A DNA stretch of 39,557 bases. Origin: Bdellovibrio sp. Lineage in GTDB: Bacteria; Bdellovibrionota; Bdellovibrionia; Bdellovibrionales; Bdellovibrionaceae. Positions 27,466 through 35,620 of the stretch are shown one piece after another. Every line of letters begins with the position of its first letter. Position 1 is the stretch's first letter. Where the stretch lies: the NCBI GenBank assembly GCA_046318155.1, contig JBKCUU010000032.1, positions 1-39,557 on the forward strand. The letters run 5' to 3'. The notes below the pieces were generated by a model, which made no database searches, was not told the origin of the DNA, and was given only the letters and a program-made list of their open reading frames with translations. A program made the translations under genes and the position numbers.

Positions 27466-28491
27466 ATGAAAAATAAAATTGGACCTTCTTCCCACCCAAA
27501 AATCCAAGCCATCCCACTGGCAATTTTTCTTAACATCGCGATTATTTCACTTTTTCCCTTGCCCGCGTTTGCACTTAAAGTCGGCCTTGTTCTCGATAAG
27601 GGTGGCAAAGACGACAAAAGTTTTAACTCCTCCGCCTATCAAGGCGCGATGAAAGCTCAAAAAGAACTGGGCATCGAACTTAAATTCGTTGAAGCCACCG
27701 ATAACAATCTTCTCGAAAACATGCACCGCTCATTTGCCAAAAAAGACTTCGATCTCATTATCGGTATTGGCTTTGCCCAGACAGATGCAGTTAAAAAAGT
27801 TGCGGCTCTAAATCCCAATCAAAAATTTGCCCTGGTCGATGGCGAAATCCAGGCCCCCAACGTGCGCTCGCTTTTGTTTGAAGAGCACGAAGGCTCTTTC
27901 GTCGTCGGTGTTTTGGCGGCCATGGCAAGTAAGACCGGAACCATCGGTTTTATCGGCGGAATGGACATCCCACTCATTCGGCGCTTTGAAATGGGTTTTA
28001 AGGCGGGCGTGCTCCACCAAAATCCCAAAGCAAAAGTCCTCAGCAACTTTATCGGGATCACGGGCGAAGCCTGGAACAATCCCGCGAAAGCCAAAGAACT
28101 GGCGCTGTCACAGTTTAATCAAAAAGTTGATGTCGTGTTCGTCGCAGCTGGAGCCTCCGGTTCAGGCGTTTTTGATGCCACCGAAGAAAAAAAGAAACTC
28201 GCGATCGGGGTCGATTCCAACCAAAACTGGCTGAAGCCCGGCTTTATTCTCACCAGCATGCTGAAGCGGGTTGACGTTGCCGTGTTTGACACCATCAAGG
28301 CGGCGAAAGAGGGCACTTTCAAAGGTGGCATTGATCGCTTTGGTTTAAAATCGTCTGGAATTGATTACGCACTTGATTCGCACAACCAGAAGTTAATCAC
28401 CGCTCCCATGAAAGCGCGCGCCGAAGAAGTTAAAAACCAAATCATTGCGGGCAAAATCAAAGTTCCGGATTATTACAAATCTAAAAAGTAA
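27466..28491 (+). CDS. BMP family (PnrA/TmpC-like) nucleoside ABC substrate-binding protein
   Basis: GGKDDKSFNSSAYQG, FEEHEGSF, GFIGGMDIPLI, IGVDSNQ and TSMLKRVD. Confidence 0.92.
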   Translation: MKNKIGPSSHPKIQAIPLAIFLNIAIISLFPLPAFALKVGLVLDKGGKDDKSFNSSAYQGAMKAQKELGIELKFVEATDNNLLENMHRSFAKKDFDLIIGIGFAQTDAVKKVAALNPNQKFALVDGEIQAPNVRSLLFEEHEGSFVVGVLAAMASKTGTIGFIGGMDIPLIRRFEMGFKAGVLHQNPKAKVLSNFIGITGEAWNNPAKAKELALSQFNQKVDVVFVAAGASGSGVFDATEEKKKLAIGVDSNQNWLKPGFILTSMLKRVDVAVFDTIKAAKEGTFKGGIDRFGLKSSGIDYALDSHNQKLITAPMKARAEEVKNQIIAGKIKVPDYYKSKK

Positions 28492-28498
28492 GGGCCCC

Positions 28499-30016
28499 AT
28501 GCAAACACCCTTGCTCGAATTCAAAAACATCAGCAAGGCCTACGGGCAGGTCCGCGCCAATCAGAACATCAACTTTCAAATCCATAAGGGGCAAATCCAC
28601 GCCCTGATTGGCGAAAACGGCGCGGGTAAATCCACGCTGATGAAGATCCTTTTTGGCCTTGAATCCGCTGATCACGGAGAGATCTGGCTTCGCGGTGAAA
28701 AACTCAAATCCAAAAGCCCGATCGAAGCCAAGCAAAAAGGCTTAGGCATGGTCCAGCAGCACTTTCAGCTCGCACCGGCTCTCACGGCTTTGGATCACGT
28801 GATTCTTGAAGAGCCCCATTCGCTTTTCTCGGCCTTCTTCGAAAAGTTAGACCGTGATGCTTGGCGCGCCAAACTCGAAAAGCTCTCAAACCAGTTTTCG
28901 ATGCCGCTCCCCTGGGACAAAACTGTCGATCAACTTTCGGTCGGACTCCAGCAGCGCCTCGAGATTATAAAACTTCTTGCCTTTGAGACCGAGATTTTAA
29001 TTTTAGATGAACCGACAGCCGTTCTGGCCCCGCAAGAGGTCGATCAGTTTTTGGCGCGGCTCAAAAGTTTGCGCGATTCAGGCAAGACCATCATTTTGAT
29101 CACCCACAAATTGCGCGAAGTCCTTGAAGTGGCCGATTGGGTCACGGTCCTCAGACAAGGCAAAGTTGCCGGCACTTTTCCCCTCGACGGCCAATCGACG
29201 CATAACCTGGCCAGCCTGATGGTCGGCAAAAATTTTTCACCTCAAGAATTTGAACGCAAGCACGCCTCGAACGAAATTTTGGTGCGTGTGCACGACCTGA
29301 CCTGCACGGCCAATCGCGTGAAGCGCCTCGACAATGTCACCTTCGAAATCCGCGCGGGTCAAATTTTAGGCGTCGCCGGTGTTCACGGAAATGGCCAAAG
29401 CGAACTCATCAAAGCCCTGGTCATCCCCAAAGAATCAAAAATGAAAATTGCGGGCACGATCAAGTTTGGTAAACACGATCTCCTCGAACTCACCAACGCC
29501 CAAATCCGCAAGCTTGAAGTCGGCTTGGTACCAGAAGACCGCCTGCATCAGGCCGTGGTGCCAGGACTCTCTGCCAAAGAAAATTTTCTGCTGGGCCGGC
29601 ATGATTTTTTTAAGGGCGCCTGGATCCGCCGCACTCGCCGCGATAAAGAGATCCTGAGCGCGATGGAAGACTATGATGTCCGTCCGCGAAACGCAGATCT
29701 GACGTTTTCAGCTTTTTCAGGTGGTAACCAACAAAAGATGGTCGTCGCACGCGAAGTCAGCCGTGAACCCAGGCTGCTGATCGTTGCCGAACCCACTCGG
29801 GGTGTTGATATCGGCGCCATCGAAACCATTCACGCGGCCCTCATGCAAGCGCGCGAAGACGGAGTGGGCGTTTTGCTGATTTCATCTGAACTCGAAGAAC
29901 TGATGCGTTTGTCTGATCGAATGATCGTGCTTTCAAAAGGGCAAATCAAAGCGACGCTTCAGCGCGAAGAGTTCGAAATAAATCGCATTGGTTGCCTCAT
30001 GGCGGGTGAAGCATGA
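28499..30016 (+). CDS. Nucleoside/sugar ABC ATPase with two NBDs (NupA/YufO-like)
   Basis: GENGAGKST, LILDEPTAVL, FSGGNQQK, PTRGVDIGA and LLISSELEE. Confidence 0.93.
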   Translation: MQTPLLEFKNISKAYGQVRANQNINFQIHKGQIHALIGENGAGKSTLMKILFGLESADHGEIWLRGEKLKSKSPIEAKQKGLGMVQQHFQLAPALTALDHVILEEPHSLFSAFFEKLDRDAWRAKLEKLSNQFSMPLPWDKTVDQLSVGLQQRLEIIKLLAFETEILILDEPTAVLAPQEVDQFLARLKSLRDSGKTIILITHKLREVLEVADWVTVLRQGKVAGTFPLDGQSTHNLASLMVGKNFSPQEFERKHASNEILVRVHDLTCTANRVKRLDNVTFEIRAGQILGVAGVHGNGQSELIKALVIPKESKMKIAGTIKFGKHDLLELTNAQIRKLEVGLVPEDRLHQAVVPGLSAKENFLLGRHDFFKGAWIRRTRRDKEILSAMEDYDVRPRNADLTFSAFSGGNQQKMVVAREVSREPRLLIVAEPTRGVDIGAIETIHAALMQAREDGVGVLLISSELEELMRLSDRMIVLSKGQIKATLQREEFEINRIGCLMAGEA

Positions 30017-31047
30017 AACGAGCCCTGCTTGGTTTTGTTGTCGGAATGGCCATTTGCTTATCGCTCACCTGGTTTGCGGGCGAGAGCCCCGTTCATGTGG
30101 CCCGTGTTTTGTTTAAGAGCGCCTTTGGCTCTTGGGATGATCTTGCACTCACCCTGTTTTTTACAACTTCACTGATTTTTACGGGTCTGTCTGTCAGTAT
30201 CGCGTTTCATGCAGGCCTTTTTAACATCGGAGCCGAGGGTCAATTGACCATTGCGACGGTCGTCACAACAGGGATGGGTCTGTTCTTTACGTTTTGGTAC
30301 CCGCCCATGCACGTGATGGTGGCGCTGCTGTATTCAGTCGTCTCGGTTCTTGGTGGACTGCTGGCCGGCGCTCTGTGGGGATTTATTCCAGGCTACTTTA
30401 AAGTGAAGCGTGACGCGCACGAGGTGATCCTCACGATGATGATGAATTTTGTTGCTGCGGGCTTGGCCGCTTCGTTTGTCACCAGCAACCAAAATCCAAA
30501 TTCGCAAAATCCCGAAAGTGCCCCCGTATCGCCGCTGATGAGTTGGCTCCCCTGGGATCCACTCCATAAGCTCGCACCCGACACACCCTTGAATTCCTCT
30601 TTCCTCGTTGCGGTCGCGGCTGCACTCATTTTGGGTGTCCTGTTGTTTCGAAGCCGCTGGGGATTTCAGCTCAGAGCCACCGGGCAAAACGAAGAAGCGG
30701 CTTTGATGAATTCAATTCCGGCCCCAAAAGTCAAAATTCTGGCCATGACTTTAGCGGGAGCCTTCGCCGGCGGTGTTGCCTTAAACGAAATTTTTGGTGC
30801 TCACCTCAAATACCGCCTCGGTTTTTCGCCCGAGTACGGTTTTATTGGGATTGCGGTGGCCCTGCTTGCCCGCAATCACCCTTGGGCCATTTTACCTTCT
30901 GCCTTTCTCTTTGGCGCTCTTCAAAAAGGAGCTGGTGATTTGGATCTTGAAACCAATGCGATCACGCGTGATTTTGCAAAAGTCATGCAGGCCATTTTGA
31001 TTTTGTCGGTGTCTTCTTTTTCTTTGTGGAAAGGAAAAAAGAAATGA
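30013..31047 (+). CDS. Nucleoside ABC permease (NupB-like)
   Basis: GLFNIGAEGQ, HEVILTMMMN and GFIGIAVALLARNHP. ATGA overlap with the ATPase. Confidence 0.92.
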   Translation: MKRALLGFVVGMAICLSLTWFAGESPVHVARVLFKSAFGSWDDLALTLFFTTSLIFTGLSVSIAFHAGLFNIGAEGQLTIATVVTTGMGLFFTFWYPPMHVMVALLYSVVSVLGGLLAGALWGFIPGYFKVKRDAHEVILTMMMNFVAAGLAASFVTSNQNPNSQNPESAPVSPLMSWLPWDPLHKLAPDTPLNSSFLVAVAAALILGVLLFRSRWGFQLRATGQNEEAALMNSIPAPKVKILAMTLAGAFAGGVALNEIFGAHLKYRLGFSPEYGFIGIAVALLARNHPWAILPSAFLFGALQKGAGDLDLETNAITRDFAKVMQAILILSVSSFSLWKGKKK

Positions 31048-31895
31048 TCGAAGAACTTCTGGTTTCGACTCTGCGTTTAGCGACTCCTTTGATTTTTGCA
31101 GCCCTCGGTGGGCTGTTTAGCGAACGCAGTGGCGTGATCCAAATCGGACTCGAAGGCATGATGCTGGTTGGAGCCTTGGCCGCCGCAACGGCGACAACTT
31201 TTACCGGAGCTCCTTGGCTGGGCGTGAGTGCTGCCGTCATGGTCGGTATCATGTGGGCGCAGATCTATGGCTTTTTTGTTCTGAAGATAAAGGCGGATCA
31301 AATCATCTCGGCAACGGCGCTCAACCTTCTTGCGTTTGGCTTATGCCCGTTTTTTACCAAAATTGTTTTTGATTCAACGGGCTCGACGCCATCGATCGCC
31401 ATTGAGGACCGCTTGCAATCCGAGTTTATGTGGATGGCTCTGATTCTTGTTGTTGTGACTGCCTTCATGATCCGGTTCACTCGCTTTGGCTTGTGGATTC
31501 AATTTGCCGGTGAATCACCCTCGGCCTTGCAGTCGGCTGGTGTTTCGGTGGGCCTGGTTCGTTCACTGAGCTTAGCGCTGACCGGCGCACTGGCAGGGCT
31601 TGGCGGCGCGAGCCTCTCGATCTCATTGGCCTCATCTTATTCGCCAGGGATGACAGCAGGCCGGGGGTTCATGGCACTGGCAGCCCTGATCTTTGGTGCC
31701 TGGAGACCTATTCCCACACTGGCGGCCTGCTTGCTGTTTGCCTTTGTCGATGCCGCGCAAATTCGCATGCAAGGCGCGTCAACCTTTATTCCCGTTCAGC
31801 TTGTTCAGATTATGCCTTACTTGGTAACCATGGTCGCATTGATCGGCTTTTTTGGGCACCAGCGCGTGCCTAAAGGTTTGGGGAAACACGTATGA
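31044..31895 (+). CDS. Nucleoside ABC permease (NupC-like)
   Basis: ATPLIFAALGGLFSERSGV..IGLEGMML and AGRGFMALAALIFGAWRP. ATGA overlap. Confidence 0.92.
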   Translation: MIEELLVSTLRLATPLIFAALGGLFSERSGVIQIGLEGMMLVGALAAATATTFTGAPWLGVSAAVMVGIMWAQIYGFFVLKIKADQIISATALNLLAFGLCPFFTKIVFDSTGSTPSIAIEDRLQSEFMWMALILVVVTAFMIRFTRFGLWIQFAGESPSALQSAGVSVGLVRSLSLALTGALAGLGGASLSISLASSYSPGMTAGRGFMALAALIFGAWRPIPTLAACLLFAFVDAAQIRMQGASTFIPVQLVQIMPYLVTMVALIGFFGHQRVPKGLGKHV

Positions 31896-33037
31896 TGACA
31901 TTTGTAAAACGCGCCGGCGTTCTTTTTGTTTTATCCATCTTGGCCTTCGTGCTGGTTTTGTCTTTTTCGGCTGAATCGCTCGCGTGGGGTGGGCGCGGTC
32001 ACCACACGATCTGCGAGGCGGCGAGTTTTTTGGTGCAAAAAAAAGGACTCAAAGATTACCTCACCAGCCGTCCGCACATGATGGGTCACCTGTGCAACAT
32101 TCCTGATTTTTATTGGAAAAGCCTGGGGCCAGATGTTGGTAAACTAGGCAACCCCACGCACTTTATTGATTCTGAATTGATCGGCCTTAAAGTCATCGAC
32201 ATTCCGACCGACTACAAAAAAATTATCGCGGATTATGAAGGCAAACCCAGCAAGGCCAAAGACGGCTCGGCGGTGTTTTCGATCCCCACTGAGTTTGGTT
32301 CGGCCTGGTGGCGCGCCGATCAATTTTTTCGCCGCGCCATTGCCCTTGGCCCCGCTTGGAAAGAGGCTAAAATTCCGTCCGGCTTCAAAGAGGAACAAGA
32401 CGAAAACTTGGCTTACAACAAGTCGGCTTATGATTTTGTCGTGAACTTAGGCTTGATGGGCCACTTTGTTGGCGATATGGGACAACCCTTTCACGGAACG
32501 CTTGATTACGACGGCTGGGGCGCAGGTCACGGCGGCATTCATGCTTTTTACGAAGATTCGGGCGTTGCGGCTCAGCCCTACGACTTAACCACGAAGGTCG
32601 TCGAGGCCGCTCAAAAATTGCAAAAAGCGGCCGCTTCGAAAGTTAAAACCGAGCAACTTAAAGCCCAGTTTTTGCGCCCGGGTTCAGTCGTTGAACGCAT
32701 GAAGCTTCTCACCGACTCTTCGTTTGTCGAAATCCAAAAGATTTACGCCGTCGATCCGATCATCAAAAAGTCAGAGCTCAAAAAAGAAAAAGGCATGGAT
32801 CTTAAAACTCCAGCCGAACGAAAGCCGATCGATAAAACGATCGCCAAAAAATTTGAGCCTCTCGTCGTGACTCAGATGGCCCGCTCAGCGGCCTTGCTCG
32901 CACTCTTGTGGGACGAAGCTTACGAGCAGGTGGGCGAACCAAAGCTGGCGGCCTATAAGAGCTACAAGTACCCCTTTACACCTGATTTCGTCGCGCCTGA
33001 TTATTACGATATTCCAGCCTCGGCTCCAAAAAAATAG
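31892..33037 (+). CDS. Secreted S1/P1 nuclease / zinc phospholipase C-fold protein
   Basis: Signal peptide ending SLA puts W first (WGGRGH). Zinc-ligand motifs PD, HFID, HFVGDMGQPFH and IHAFYED follow. Confidence 0.8.
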   Translation: MMTFVKRAGVLFVLSILAFVLVLSFSAESLAWGGRGHHTICEAASFLVQKKGLKDYLTSRPHMMGHLCNIPDFYWKSLGPDVGKLGNPTHFIDSELIGLKVIDIPTDYKKIIADYEGKPSKAKDGSAVFSIPTEFGSAWWRADQFFRRAIALGPAWKEAKIPSGFKEEQDENLAYNKSAYDFVVNLGLMGHFVGDMGQPFHGTLDYDGWGAGHGGIHAFYEDSGVAAQPYDLTTKVVEAAQKLQKAAASKVKTEQLKAQFLRPGSVVERMKLLTDSSFVEIQKIYAVDPIIKKSELKKEKGMDLKTPAERKPIDKTIAKKFEPLVVTQMARSAALLALLWDEAYEQVGEPKLAAYKSYKYPFTPDFVAPDYYDIPASAPKK

Positions 33038-33060
33038 CTGAAAAAATAGCTGAAAAAATA
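33029..33060 (+). repeat. 12-bp tandem repeat AAAAAATAGCTG, about 2.7 copies, spanning the nuclease stop codon
   Basis: Seen directly. Confidence 0.85.
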
Positions 33061-33114
33061 ACCAAGGCGCGAGCAGCGTCTTGGATTCTTTCTGAAATTT
33101 GACATTTTGTGAAC

Positions 33115-34107
33115 TTAGCGCGTCCCTGTCGGAACAAGGGATCCGGCGGGGGCAACCGGTGCGATTTGCGGCGCGGGCATCGGTGCCGCGACAGGCAAAG
33201 CCGGCGCTGCGGCTGGTTTTTGCTTGGCCATAAGCATCGGCAACGCCATCGCCGCCAAAGGCCCGATCATCGCCATCCAAGGACCGACTGTAAAGGCGGA
33301 GCCCGACGTCCTTCCCGCTGCTGAAACCGATGTTTGAACGGGATCGAGCTGAGGAACATCTGTATAACTGCGAATGGGCGCATCCGACGCCGAGTTCGCC
33401 AAGATCGTGGGTGAGCTTCCGCAACCGGCTTGTGCACCATTTTTAAATGCACCTTTAAAAAAACTCAAAGCAGCGGCACAACTGCCCCCGGCATTTTCGG
33501 CCACGGAGGGGTTCGCAATAAAAGCGGCAAAAACTTCGGCAAACTCTTCATTGCGTGGCTGCGGATTGCGATTTTCACACGAATACTTCGTGAGGCAGCA
33601 CCTGGGATTGATCCTAGATTTGTATTGCGAGTACATGCGCGCATTGTTTTGATTGCCAACGAGGTGACCAAACTCATGAGCCAAAAGTCCGACGTTCCCT
33701 AAATGCGGATGCCCATTCCGGCAAATTTCAATGACTGGTGGATTCGTTGATTTTTGGCGAGAGTAGGCCATACGATTGTTAAACTCAACGCGCGTGCCGC
33801 GGATTTGCGGCGTGCGGTCACCTGACATGGCATTGATTTGTTGGACGGCTTTACCGAGCGCCACGATTTCTTCAGATTTAGCACCCGGAAAGGTGATGTT
33901 GTTTTCGGCCAAAACCTGCCGGGCCTGAGATTCCGAGAGACCACCGACGCAAGACCCCGTCGACGCGACGAGATCGGCTTTGACGATCCTCAATTGACCC
34001 TGGCCCCACAATTGGGGTCCATAAAATCCTGTGCTCATTCCGATGATAACTGAGAGGCTCACGGCCCACCGAGTGATCACCGATTTTTGCACAACCGACC
34101 GGTTCAT
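33115..34107 (-). CDS. Exported zincin metallopeptidase-like protein with a Pro/Ala-rich tail
   Basis: HEFGH, downstream TKYS...NEEFAEVFAAF, and an N-terminal hydrophobic segment. Confidence 0.75.
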   Translation of the reverse strand: MNRSVVQKSVITRWAVSLSVIIGMSTGFYGPQLWGQGQLRIVKADLVASTGSCVGGLSESQARQVLAENNITFPGAKSEEIVALGKAVQQINAMSGDRTPQIRGTRVEFNNRMAYSRQKSTNPPVIEICRNGHPHLGNVGLLAHEFGHLVGNQNNARMYSQYKSRINPRCCLTKYSCENRNPQPRNEEFAEVFAAFIANPSVAENAGGSCAAALSFFKGAFKNGAQAGCGSSPTILANSASDAPIRSYTDVPQLDPVQTSVSAAGRTSGSAFTVGPWMAMIGPLAAMALPMLMAKQKPAAAPALPVAAPMPAPQIAPVAPAGSLVPTGTR

Positions 34108-34157
34108 TTGCAGTCCCCCACGGCTTTATTTTGCCCCGTGTCCCCGCACTCTGCTAG

Positions 34158-34173
34158 AGCAAACGCCAAGCCC
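34158..34173 (-). promoter_or_regulatory. Candidate sigma-54 promoter GGGCTTGGCGTTTGCT
   Basis: GG-N10-GC with TTGCT, about 50 nt upstream of ATG 34107. Confidence 0.45.
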
Positions 34174-34203
34174 GACCTCTGAAGACGGACGTAGGTCTGT
34201 CCC

Positions 34204-34237
34204 AAAATGAGAAACGCCGCCTTTTGAGGGGCGGCGT
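34204..34237 (-). terminator. Intrinsic terminator of the Gly-rich lipoprotein gene
   Basis: ACGCCGCC/GGCGGCGT 8-bp stem followed by a U-rich tract on the minus strand. Confidence 0.65.
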
Positions 34238-34247
34238 GGGGATCTCG

Positions 34248-35318
34248 TTATTGGAGTGGGCACAAACGGTGGGAGCTCTGCCGAATTTCGCTGCAGGCAC
34301 CCCTAAACCCGGAGCTTCCCGACGCCCCTGGCTGTCCCGAGGGTCCGAAGACAGGTTTCGTCGGCGTGCAAATGTAAGTGAAGGGGTCACAAGCTGAGGT
34401 ACCGCTCGAGGCTCCTTCTCCCCCGATCCCTCCTGGGCCCCCAGCGCCCGCAACCATTCTGACGTCGAGCAAAAGGCCCGAAGAGTTCTGTATTTCAAAA
34501 GCGAGGTCGCCCGTCGCTCCCCCATTTTTACCCGGGCTCCCATCCAAACCATTTGCGAGTCCTCCAGACTTCGTCCAACCCACTCCCGCAAGACCAGACT
34601 TTCCGCGGCCACCGTTTTGCCCGCGCATGTCGAGAACGAGCACACCGCTTGCGCGAGAACTCTCAATGCGAATATGCCCTCCTGATTGACCCGATTTTTC
34701 ATCGGGTGCAGTCACCCGCTTAACAAAGTTACGGATGATGACATTTTCAAAAAAGACTTCGTGAGACTTGATCAACAAGTTTTTACCATTTGTCGAAAAA
34801 GTTCCATTTTTCATAAAAATCCGTCCCTGTGACTCAATTCGAATGCTTTGTGGCTCACTGAATTGAAGGTCGAGCTCGGTATCGCCCGTGTAAACCAAGT
34901 CTTCGGGGAGAAGACTCTTGATAGGTCCTTGCGGTGTTCGAACAACAAAAGGGGAGCCTCCGCGCAGAAAGGCTTGGCAATCCAGATTGGTCTTATCACT
35001 AAAATCTTGAAAGTCGATTTGACTGCCTTTGCTCTGATCACCTTGAATGTAATGAGCTCCGCTCAAGGTTTGCAGGCAGTAAACATGAGGATGGCCGTCG
35101 ACTCCTTTGAATCTGAAGAAAAGTTCTTCATGGGCCCACTCAGCCTTCGATCCGCCATCTTCAGAGAGAACTTGAACCTGTTTATTAACGTCGCCGTTGT
35201 CGCCTGAGTTGTCATCGACGACTTCGACGCAGCCCGCAGCAAGCAGGCCGATCAGAAAAAGACAGCCAATTGTGAGATGCGCGGTCCACTCGGATTTTTT
35301 TATACGTTTACAGAACAT
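34248..35318 (-). CDS. Lipoprotein with C-terminal Gly-X-X (collagen/polyglycine-like) segments
   Basis: Lipobox LAAGC, with GQNGGRGKSGLAG, GLDGSPGKNGG, GAGGPGGIGGEG and GPSGQPGASGSSGFRG. GAGGAG RBS. Confidence 0.8.
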   Translation of the reverse strand: MFCKRIKKSEWTAHLTIGCLFLIGLLAAGCVEVVDDNSGDNGDVNKQVQVLSEDGGSKAEWAHEELFFRFKGVDGHPHVYCLQTLSGAHYIQGDQSKGSQIDFQDFSDKTNLDCQAFLRGGSPFVVRTPQGPIKSLLPEDLVYTGDTELDLQFSEPQSIRIESQGRIFMKNGTFSTNGKNLLIKSHEVFFENVIIRNFVKRVTAPDEKSGQSGGHIRIESSRASGVLVLDMRGQNGGRGKSGLAGVGWTKSGGLANGLDGSPGKNGGATGDLAFEIQNSSGLLLDVRMVAGAGGPGGIGGEGASSGTSACDPFTYICTPTKPVFGPSGQPGASGSSGFRGACSEIRQSSHRLCPLQ

Positions 35319-35620
35319 AAATTCTCCTCTTGTTGTTAGTGACTGGGAGCTCCGCGCTTCAAGATTGGCGCGCGCGGGTCCTGGGACCTTTCTGCTTCGG
35401 TGTCCGGATCGCGGGGGCCGGACACGGAACGTGGTTCAAGTGCGGTTGTGGAAACCATTGTCGATATTTTGAAAAGGTCGCTTTTTCAATTGTGGTTCAA
35501 ATCTTGTAACTCTGGTTCTTTTTGCGAACGAAATCGAACCAAGGCGCCGTCGGTTAAGAACCGAAGACGCGGTAGGGAACTTTCGCTCATAAGTTTGACA
35601 GTTGAAACACGGGAGAGACC

